From Phoronis australis (Eukaryota > Animalia > Phoronida), in assembly GCA_002633005.1 (NCBI GenBank), contig NMRA01000023.1, positions 829,339 through 893,338 on the forward strand: a DNA stretch of 64,000 nt, in the 5' to 3' direction. Shown one piece after another: positions 48,394-60,300 of this stretch. Positions within the stretch are counted from its first letter, which is position 1, and every line of letters begins with the position of its first letter. A program made the position numbers and the translations under genes. The notes under the pieces were generated by a model. That model was given only the letters and a program-made list of their open reading frames with translations, did no database searches and had not been told where the DNA came from.

Positions 48394-51300
48394 ATGAAAC
48401 CAACGATCGCTTTGTTTTTTCTTACAGTTTTTGCAAGGTCATTAGGCGCGCCACTGGAGTCTTTGCAGGTCTGTTCAAACTTTCATATCAAGTTAGGGAT
48501 AATCCGCATTCCACTTAACTCATTTGTTCCTTTTAAAGCCAAAGTCGTTGGACCCGTTGGTTTACGAATAAAGTGGTTAAAGTTCAAATTTAACCGAGTT
48601 TTACAGTATGTTATGCATCTAAACTAATCACGATCTTTAAACCGGGTGCAAAAATTACAAAGTCACGTTCCCTTTCTCTAAAAGAATCAATGTATCTGTG
48701 ATCCCAGGACAGTTTCGAGCAACGCCAATCAAATGGTAATTACCTCAACGTATCGTCTAGTTTCTATTCCCCATAAAACTTCGAAAGCATTAAAAGTAAA
48801 ACTGATGTGCAGCATTTATGGACTTCAGGTTCCTCATTTGCAAGTACTTCTTGTTTCAGGTTGGAGAAAATGACGGTAAGTCCTTATTTTGTTCCTCATC
48901 CAGCTCATTTATCATTCTCTCAATGCTTTCCGAATTGGTTTCTACCTGCCGTTATTCTATACCTGAATAAACAAGGAAACTGCTTTTTAAGCTTACGCAG
49001 ATGTGTAGATGGGAGTGTTGCTTTTTAGGTTACATGTACAACACAAAATTCGGTTGTTTTCTTTAAAGTGGGTCCAGTTCTCAGAATCGTTGCCGCGTCC
49101 TTTATCACACATGGAAGTTGTATCATTGGAGGAAACGTACATTTTTCGTGTAACGTACAGTGTATAATTTTGTGTTAGTACCAACGTTGTACGGAAAATG
49201 ACGAATATTGCACCTAATGTGAATGTGATCGTGACTGATTGTGAATGCTGGTCCGTTTTTAATTACTTATGTTTTGCAATAAAAGAAAGTCCTTCATTTG
49301 CTTAGGTCGCCTATACATGTACATGTGTATTTTTTCTCATTCCAGATGGTGCCAACAAACTGGACGTTGGTGAATATGGCAGTGCGTATATCTTCCCATG
49401 CTTCTAAGTCTATTGCAATGCATGACGAAATTTCCGGTTTCAGTTTACAAAATTCCCTTTTTGTAGCACGCAAATATGTCTTAATATTTAAAGTCAATGA
49501 AATTGTATAACAAAAATGGACTAACGGATATTGTCGAACGAAACGTCACGAAGAGATATTTTTGGAAGTGTCTCCTCATCGAGGATGCGAACGAAATTTT
49601 ACAACATAAAGCCATGTGAGAAATTACGGTTTTAAGATATGGGATGTTTTCTGCACGTACATATAAGGTTGAATAAATCGTATCGATCTACGTCTCATGT
49701 GTAAAGGAAGTGCCAACTATTCTAGTCCAGCATCTTTATTTTCTTCCAGAACATTACCAAGGTGACATGGTTTTACCAAGGGTAAGTTCTATTTCGTCAG
49801 AGACCACCAAATTCGTTCAATGTGAAACATCATTTCCAAATCCGAAAGGATTTTCTAGTACGTACCCCTCTCCGTACTTGTTAATTTTTTAATCTCACGA
49901 ACTTTTTCCCATTGTGGTCGGGACAACTCATCGACAACCTAGATCGGTCAGTGCAACGTAGAATGTTCCCTAGGATAGACAGTTAAAGATCGAAATATCC
50001 CTATCCACCACACTGTACGAACCTCACGACAGTTTTGTGATTAAAGCACCGGCAGATTTGTGCAAAGAAGGAAAAGTCCAAGCCTACGATTCAAAATGGC
50101 TCCCTATCTACTCCACTCTGGCTTTACTGTCTCTTGACGTTTTCGGCCTTTGGTGGAGAGTACTTTTTGACTTCACTGTCAATCAACAACTTCATTTGTG
50201 AGACGTTTGAGTATCCGTTTGTATTATATTGGATTGATTCTTGAGATGAAGCTTTTGTGTTTTCCTTCGCAGAAACGTAATGGCGAGGCGAGTTCTAGAT
50301 ATCGATGGCCCAACGGTGTAGTTCCATACGTCCTTAGCAGTGCAATAGGTAAGATTACAATTAGAATTTTAGTTTGTCCTCTGACAAGTGAACTGGTAAT
50401 AGGTATAAAAATCAGCCACAGCTCACCTACATGTACATATAGCGAACGATCGCTTGCGTGGCACTGGTTTCCGGATAGGAGGACTGTACATGTAAGGTTG
50501 TGCTATCCCTCGGTTAGCTACGTGTACAATGCTGGCCAGGCTTGAGGATACATACTGTATACCGGCATTAGTAGCACATCCGCATTTTTGCGTTACGGGA
50601 ACGTAGTTCGAGAATGCGACTCATCTTATGCAGAAAAACGGTGCATACTCGTCGTCAGAAGAGTCCTCGAACAAAAATTCAGCATAGGTGCCGTTTATTG
50701 TTAAATATTAAATATCGCCTTTCATTCCTCAAAGCACTTTACCTAAACTACAATAACATGAACCCTTCACCTGCTAATTTATGTTTCAAAAGAAGTCTGT
50801 GAATACATCATTTGGAGAACGTTCCGACAATGAAGCTATGCTGAGAGATATTTAATTAATTCGGCTATTACCTTTGAACATCCCGTTTTACATTGTTGAC
50901 GTTTTCGTGGATAACGAGATCCTTGTGCACTTCCATGTCATGTCAGCTGCTCTTGCAATACTGCTACCTTCCCTGAGCAAAAGAAAGATAATTCAATTAG
51001 GACACCTCCCCATCAAGTTGATTGAGCATCTTGATTTGAGGACTTTCCCACAGTCCCCTGTAACTGGCTTAATTTTCAGTCACCCTTGTCAATTTAGCAG
51101 CCTTTGTACATGTAAGTAATTTTCAAATGTGTTTCATTTTGAAAGGATTGGCAATACTGAGTAAAGAACATTATTTTAATTTCAACAATCGTGAAATATG
51201 GTAAATTAGCATATATTTTTCTATAGTCGTAACCTGCAACGGTCGGAATAACGTATGAAGATGTTACTTTTAAATTTGTTCTTATTTTTCTTTTTTTTGA

Positions 51301-54300
51301 TTTTGGTCATTTTTGACCCAAAGGAGATCCATACAAAGGTAACTTATTTATATGAAAATCCACACAGAACGGAACACCGATGCTACCAACGAGATCTACA
51401 GTCATATAGAAACGTTCAAATCTGTCCATATCAACTTGCTCCTCTTACACTCTGTAGGTTCAAACGAAAGAGCCAAGCTTCAACAAGCATTTGAATACTA
51501 CAAAACTAAAACCTGTACCACATGGGTACCCAGGTCGGGCCAGCGCGATTACATCCTATTTACGGCTGACAAGGACGATGGGTATGTGGTTCTCACAGTA
51601 GTTAAAACTGTCAACTGCATTGGATGAACTTGTGAGTTCATGAAGTTTGTTGTTTTGCCATCGATAACTGAATCGATGACACGGAATCTTAACGCCAACA
51701 ATGAAGGCCGTGAGTAAAATGGATTTTTTCACGCATACTGTAATAAGGATGTCGCTGCTGGAAAACGAGTTCACTGTTAGAAATTTAAAAAATGGAAAAT
51801 TGTGTACATGCAATTAATATTTCCTGTACTTGCAGATGTTGGGCTCATGTAGGGAAACATGGGGGAAAGCAGAAGATAAATTTGGCGCCAAGTTGTTTCA
51901 ATTCGTTTGGCACCATTGTGCACGAGATGATGCATGCGCTCGGTTTCTATCACGAGCAGGCGAGAGAAGACCGGGATCAATATGTCACGATTCACTGGGA
52001 GAACATCCGAGATGGTAACGTTTAATTCATGTTTTATATAAATACCCATAGNGGGTATGTGGTTCTCACAGTAGTTAAATCTGTCAACTGCATTGGATGA
52101 ACTTGTGAGTTCATGAAGTTTGTTGTTTTGCCATCGATAACTGAATCGATGACACGGAATCTTAACGCAAACAATGGAGACCGTGAGTAAAATGGATTTT
52201 TTCACGCATACTGTAATAAGGATGTCGCTGCTGGAAAACGAGTTCACTGTTAGAAATTTAAAAAATGGAAAATTGTGTACATGCAATTAGTATTTCCTGT
52301 ACTTGCAGATGTTGGGCTCATGTAGGGAAACATGGGGGAAAGCAGACGATAAATTTGGCGCCAAGTTGTTTCAATTCGTTTGGCACCATCGTGCACGAGA
52401 TGATGCATGCGCTCGGTTTCTATCACGAGCAGGCGAGAGAAGACCGGGATCAATATGTCACGATTCACTGGGAGAACATCCGAGATGGTAACGTTTAATT
52501 CATGTTTTATATAAATACCAGACCGCCCACAGATACATATCATCCTCTAAATGCACAGGCCCATGAGCTATCTTTTTGGAGGCAGAGATACTGTTTTCAG
52601 AAGTGTTATTATGTTTTCCACATTCATTAAAAGATCCGAGAAGTTAATAAAAAACAGTGACCTCTGCGGTCTTATCAAAATCGGTTCAATTTAGGACGAG
52701 CGATTCCTTAACATGAGACAAAGTACCGGGTATGATCTTTTGGTGCGAAAAATTCGTCACACTAAAGCCGCGGCCGTGAGTATAGCATTACCTCCCGGAT
52801 TTTTTGTATTCTAGGTTCTATGTGTCCCGCTTTATGGATTTTGGGTTCTATGTGTCCCGGGTTCTACGAGTCCAGATTCCGTGTCCCGGGTTCTACATGT
52901 TTGTGTCCCGAGTTCTGTGTGTCCCGTATTCTATTTTCCCGGGATCCCATGTTTGTGTGCCACGGTTTCTATATGTCCCGGATTCTGTGTGTCCCGGGCC
53001 ATTACGGCGTTTTCCCATTGCTCCCAACTTGATCGATTCTATAGCCCAACAACAAGTTGGGAAGTTTACCCCTGTAACCAATATCTTACGCGACTGATTA
53101 AAGGAGAATGCTACCCAATTTAATTAGCCTTTTTTGCCGTCTTAATCGGTCTATATCCACATCGCCTCGCATACGGTCGACCTTACCTTGCCAAGAGGGG
53201 TCAAGTTAACCTGAGAAGAAGGTGAGAAACGACGCTAGCGACGTCAGTGGTTCATGTGCAGAGTGAATGCCGCTATGTTGCGGTACATCGAAAGCGGGTA
53301 TATCGTTTTTTACTTCCTCGAGAGTCCGAAATGCTTAGGAAATGGCTCATGGTAGTGAAGAATGAAAAGTACGCTATAAATAGCAAGTACATGTATGAGG
53401 CCGTGAAACATCTCCGTGTCTGTGGCCTGCAGACGTCGACAGTGCCTGACGAATGCCGACTTACCAAATAACTCCATTCGTTCCGTTGTCTGAGCTTGTT
53501 CACGGCGCATCTCTAGTATTTCTTCATCACTGTATTCCTGTTCGAATTGATAGCCTGTAAAACTTAACCATCCACCTGCGAACTCGGGACTGATGAGCTC
53601 TAGGTCGTCCTAAGTCGGGATTCCGAGTTGCCATGTTGGCGTTTATTACTGAGCGTTCTGTTTCAAAATGAATTATTCTCACCCTAACCAATACTTATAT
53701 AAAACTGAAACAAAGTCTGTCTCATTAGATGCAATTTGTAATGCCTTTGGAGCTAGTGTTCGTGAGTGCAAATGATTTGAGAAGCTAGCAATGAATAAAT
53801 CACTGCATTGCCGGTTTTAGGTGCAAACTAATTGACGGGACACCGAGGCCGTGTGAGATCATGCCAATTTAGTGTTTGCTGGCAGAAACTATTGTGAAAC
53901 AACTCGATTTCCATCCCACGACCAGGTGTTAGGGGAATCTTCATTTACATTTACATTTCTCAAATAATGATACGTACAAAACTTCTGCTCTGACGGTGCT
54001 GTGGCCAAAGCGTAACGTTAACCTGAATTTGCGGCCTCCGAGTAAGTAGATTTGCAGTTTCGTGGCTAATTCGCCAATATACGTGCACATTACTTTGGCT
54101 CACTAGCATAGTATTTTCTTGACTGGAAGTTTAGTTTCCACTGAACTTTGGCTGGTTTATGTTTGTGATGTCTGATCGGGCTCCGAGCCACTGACCAGGA
54201 TAACAAGCGTTTTGTGTTTAGAAATCAAAAATCACGCTTATACTCTGTGATGGCATTACTGCGTCATTTTATCTTCACTTGAGAATGAAACAAGTATGTT

Positions 54301-57300
54301 TCGAAATATCGTGTGTCTTTTAATTATGTCGCTAGGTCAGTTACTGTATCTATGTTCAGTAGAGAGTAGAGTTTTGTTCAGAAAGTATGAACGCAACGGA
54401 ATAAAGACCGTGAACAATGAAAAGTGTCGTGCATTCAACAAATTCTGTATAACAGAAAACTTGCTCCCGAAGTACATGTAGTCATTTATATATATATATG
54501 TATATATATTTATTTATTGAAGAATACACAGAACAAACCCAGAAATCACGAAGCATTATATCTGGGTCGTGGACAATTCCTAAATGAAACAAATATGCAT
54601 GGAGATACAATGTATATGCATTTAAGTAGTATCTAATATAAGTATTACAATATTCAGATATGCTATAATGAACATATAAAAACAAAAACATATATGGAAA
54701 TATTTATTCACCTATTTCACGAACGCGGGGTGCTGCTGTCGTGTTGATCGAAAACGAGGCGCCTTGACAAACATGGCATCGTCCTGCAAGGTGGTGTGGT
54801 CAAAAAACTTATCAACGTTACCAAAAATCAAGTTGTCTGATGTTGAATCGGTCTCCAAAGACATATCAATACGCACGGCAACTAGACTTTTACCCTCCTC
54901 AGCCATTCCTCCGTAGTTTTCCCTTTTTTGGAAAAGTGTGGAAGTCAGGGACTTTACCCAGGCTTTTCAAAGTCTTGAAAAATCCTGCTCGCCAGCTTGG
55001 CGAGTGCCGGAGCCAGAAAATCTACTCGCCCGAAGTTCAGTCACCCGGCCGTTGGCGCCAGTCACCACAAACTTGGTAACAGTTTAAATAAAAATCATCG
55101 TTTCCTGCACTGATGTCACCATCTATTAGGGCTACCGTATTTTCCCTAATAATTAGCGCCCAGGGGGACGCTTTTTGTAGCCTACGGCGGTTAAAACCCG
55201 GTCTCCGCTGTGACGTATGTGTAACCTATGACAGACTTTCTAGAAAACTGTAGTGCATTGCTATCAAACTCTGTTGTTAATCTTTAAAAAAAATGTGCCG
55301 AAATCCCAGGGCGAAAACTTGCCGACTGATGCGTCGCTGCTTCGCGATCGTCGATAGGACAACTTGAATTCTTGAGTGAAAATAGTTTCGACTCAAATTA
55401 CCTCAAATACTCCTTAAGTTTTCCAAATAGCCTTTCCTAAGATTCTTAAGTTCCTGTGGACTCGGAGTCGGGATTAACCGCAGATTAAGTCGAAATCTGC
55501 GCTAGATCGCACCCGGCAACGAGAAAAATCTGGACGAACACATATGTTGTTGTCGCGTGACGTTCGTATTGAAGTGAGTCAACAGCTGAGGTGTGCACCG
55601 AGTGAGCGAGCGCGTGCGTGTCATCAGTGTTCATTTGCCAGAGTAGCAGGCCCAATGAGCTGTATATGTAGTTATATTTATCTCATTGAGCAGGCCCACA
55701 TGTAGGCCCTAGCGCGCGCTTCAGTCTTGGCCAAGTTTCGATTCGCGGTTTTTATAATTTTACGTGTACAAAGCAATCTGGATTCCTGTTGTGGGAGAAA
55801 ATCTGTACGGAAAAGATACAATACCAATCCCGTTGACCAGTACGCTGCGTCTGTTCGAAGGGCCAGACCATATAGTGTGACACTTTCCTCGCGAGATCAG
55901 TAAATCTTTTGCGTTCTTTTTGAAGCACTGCGGAACGGTTTGAAGTGTACAGCCACGGCTAAATACCGACATAGGGGCGAGGCTCGTGGTCTACAAGAAA
56001 TTCCGCGCACAATGATTTTTCAGGACTGTCGGATATTATTGATAAATTGAATACATTACTGGAGAATTTTAGAACTGTGAGGTAAGACATTTTTCGCANC
56101 GGGCGATAATTCTCCAAAATCCACTCGGGCTCTAGATAACGGGGGATAACGACTTCGCCATGTAATAATCTATATATATTTATCTCATTGAGCAGGCCCA
56201 CATGTAGGCCTTAGCGCGCGCTTCAGTCTTGGCCAAGTTTCGATTCGCGGTTTTTATAATTTTACGTGTACAAAGCAATCTGGATTCCTGTTGTGGGAGA
56301 AAATCCGTACGGAAAAGATACAATACCAATCCCGTTGACCAGTACGCTGCGTCTGTTCGAAGGGCCAGACCATACATGTATAGTGTGACACTTTCCTCGC
56401 GAGATCAGTAAATCTTTTGCGTTCTTTTTGAAGCACTGCGGAACGGTTTGAAGTGTACAGCCACGGCTAAATACCGACATAGGGACGAGGCTCGTGGTCT
56501 ACTAGAAATTCCGCGCACAATGATTTTTTAGGACTGTCGGATATTATTGATAAATTGAATACATTACTGGAGAATTTTAGAACTGTGAGGTAAGACATTT
56601 TTCGCACAAATACATACACATTCATGGACTGGGCGCTTATTTTAGCGAAGTCTGGAAACGAGTGGGAACGCTTATAGGGGCATGGGCGCTTATGTTATAA
56701 AAATAATTTTGGCTAAAATGACATTGTACATTACAAAAAGGAATCAGTTCCAATAAATATGGTATTTCATTTGCTATGAGCACATGGACCGGTCTTCCAC
56801 CTTACTCCCCTTTTCTTAGTTTCGGACAAGTCCACAAATTCTTTGTGCACGACCACACACTATGATTTTTTTGACGAATCGCGTAACGGGTGACATGTAC
56901 TGAATCGGTAGGGTCGCACTGCGCCGATGTTTTATACTGCCGGAGCATCGACAAGATGACCAAACTGAACCTTAAATTCATGATAAAAACAGCACAAGGA
57001 GGCTGAGGAGGAAAATTATTCATATTCATCTGGAAAACGATATATAGTGCTTTTGCGCTTTGAAATTCGCTCGCCACCTGGGCGACCGGCAAGTCAACTT
57101 CTACTCGCCCAGCACCATTTTTATTCGCATTGGCGACTGGGCGAGTGGCTAAGTATATCCCTGGGAAGGATACCGACGAGTTGGAATTGGCACTGCACAG
57201 TACACGGTCAAGGCCAGCTGATGACCGCTCACGAGGTTTTATCAGTGTGCCTCGTTTTCGATCAGTATTTAAAGACGGCGCGGGAAGATGGCGCTTTCGT

Positions 57301-60300
57301 GAAAAAAGCTAGGTGAATAGACGGTACATGAAAATTTGTTAACGTTGCTTAGAAGGAATTCATTGAGAACAAGGTCAAGGTTAGGACTTCCATTCAATAA
57401 TAATGTAACTTTAGTAGGGATATTATTACAAGAATTGAGAGCTTGAACAATTGATTGGTTTTCATTGAGTGCACGGAAGAGTGATTTTTTCAGATCTTCA
57501 ATGAGGGGATATTTGAAAAAAACATGAGGATAAGATTGATGGTTACCACATTTACAGTTTGGAGAGACATTACTAATGTTGTGACTAAACTTGTCGGAGT
57601 TGAGGAAAAGACCGCATCTTGATCTGTACAATGCAATTTCGTTATCGCGGGGAAGGGAGAATCGACTCAAGAGTGCTGAGTTATCAAAAGTTTGAAAAAA
57701 CAGTTTTAAAATTATTTTTTATACTGGTAAAAGAGTTGCTTTCCTTAACAGAGGCTGGAAGAGAATTCCAGTTGTTGATGCACATCATAACTGTAGACCT
57801 TCTGAATGCCTGACTGAACGACGGAGGAATTGCATATGGGGTGTGCGTGATAATGAAACCAAATGCCAATGCGGCGCGCAGGAAAAAATCCGGCCGTCTG
57901 TACAGATATGGTTCACAAGTGGAACAAGTTACCCTAGAACAAGTTACCCTACCTCGAATAACTCCTGTGTGGCCGGAAACATGGGACAAGGCTGAAGTTG
58001 TTTTCCGCTGTGGTTACAACCAGACGGGTTTTCATTTCCCCATCGTACTTGCATTAGGTGCTTATTGTCACGCGACAACCTTACCTTAGTTATCGGATAT
58101 GTGTGCGTTGGGTAAGTTGCACCAGTGCAATTTCTTCTACGGAACATACAGGTTTGTATATGTGTACAGGATTCCCGTCCTATCAGTGACGCGTGCGCTG
58201 ATGGAATCGTCCTGGCCGGTAGAATTTATCAGGTTGGTATCTCACGGCGAGAAAAATGTAACCAAAATCACATGATCTTACTTAAAATACAGGGCAATAT
58301 CTCGCGTAATCTCACGAAATCTTGCTTTTCTAGCGGGGTCCTACCGAGGGCTTAGCGTTAATGAACTTCGCACGGTCTGATCTCCTGGAACAAACCGATT
58401 ATTTTCGTAGCGTCAAATTAACCTTCGGAGGGAGGCTTATTTCAAAGGGTCGAGTTACGCTAGTACAGTATATCGCCAGAAAAGCAAGATCTCGAAAGAT
58501 TCCGCGAGATATTGACAATGAGAGCAAGTGATTTTGGCTCATTCTCTCTTCGAAACAACTATTGAACTTAACCCGGAATACCAAAGGGGATTAGTCGGCA
58601 GTTTAATGGATCATGGCTATCTGCGTAGTCATCTCGTTAACCCGTGGTGCACCTCCCGTAAGTTTTAGCCTGATATCACAGGTATCCCGGTGCGTTTGAT
58701 GGCATTTTCCATGCTAACACGCAAGTGACTGATTCATTTTTCCACATGCCCGCACAGTGGCGGATCTACGTTTTCAGTAAGGGGGGGGCAAATCCTAAGG
58801 GCGTTTCCAGCTTAGACAGGCGCGTGGCGCCGAGCGGGGGAGGGGCGGAGGTGTAAGACAACTTTTTGTTTTTGTAGCCAAACAGTGAAATTTCCATGTA
58901 TCCTGGCACGTTTCTGGCACTTAACATGTCCATGGAGTTTTTCTTAAGATAATTAAAAACCCATGTCGATTTCGTCACATGAACTTGGCTCATAAGTTTC
59001 GTGAAACCATATTTGTGCTCATCTGAGTATGAGTCACACCACCAGCAAAAATTTTTGTTGGAAGACCTGCTTACACACACCTTTTTAGCATACGAGAAAG
59101 TGTTGTGTGTATACAGGGGTTTAGACAACTACCAAACATTGAAGAGCATAAGGAGCACCCACGGGGCGTAAAAAACTTGAATATCAGATGATCGCAACAG
59201 CCTCAAGCTGTTTAAGAATGAAGACCTGTACTGTTAGTCTGGAAATAAACATGTGTTCTGTCTCGTTACCAGAAAAACTGGCGAACGGTGGGGCTCTCAG
59301 CTCATAGTCTATTACTAAAAGCAACAATAAACAATTAAGTATCACTTTATTAAGCTGAATCACGTTGACAACAATTGAAAAACGTCAAATGTATCAGGAA
59401 ACAAATCATCTGAAAACAGTTTCACGAAACCAAAACACTCTGTAAGCCTACACCGTGGTGAAAAGATATACAGGAGTAGTTCGTAGAGGGACCAGATGTA
59501 CACTGAGAGTACACAAAAACTCTGGCCTGGTCCGTCACGAGACCAAAAGTACACCTGTGCTTATTATCCCTATAAAAATAGTCGATCTGTCGCGGGACCA
59601 AACAGTACTGGTTGAGATAAATAGTTTTACAAAGCACACTTTGGTAAAAAACATCACAAGACTAGTTCGCCGAGGGACCGGAAGTACACTGAAACTCGAT
59701 ATCTACACAAATCAAGCTGGCCTGGTCCGTCGTGTGACCTAAAGCGTACTTTGCAAAAAAATTTGAATTGCAACTTCTCTCTAGACACGTTTTAATCCTC
59801 AGTGGTTGCTCTTACGTGTAGTTTACACATCTGGTGGTCAACTGCTGCGAGAGGTTGTCAAGGAAGGGTTTTCGCACCGTTCTGTAGTACTCACTGGAAG
59901 AAACAAGTGTTGGGTACAGATTTAACTACGCACTACGTGAAATAAGATTTTGGATATGAAGCAGATAGACTCATGTGGAAATACAAACCAGAATCAGTTT
60001 CTGTGCGCTCGTAGACCCTTTGGTGTACTGGGTAAATTTGGCATGTCTAAAAATAATTTCTATTTCGTTTTCATTGTACACAAGCATAAAAAACCGACAT
60101 TATTACAAACTGTGAATAATTATAACTTATTACCTGGGTGTTTCTCCAGGAACGTTGGTCCTCTCTTCCTGCTGTCTAGACTGCCGAGGAATCTGTATAT
60201 CGGATCCAATGGTTTGCTTGTCTTAGAACCATTCTACCCAGACATCTTCGACGTTTGTTCCCAATGCTTGCACTTTGTCAACTGTTGCGTCAATGAGCTT

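Noticed and set aside
52804-53123. Cys/Pro-rich ORFs, or a CRISPR-like array
   Set aside because: Degenerate minisatellite without constant repeats or unique spacers; no cas genes; eukaryotic context.
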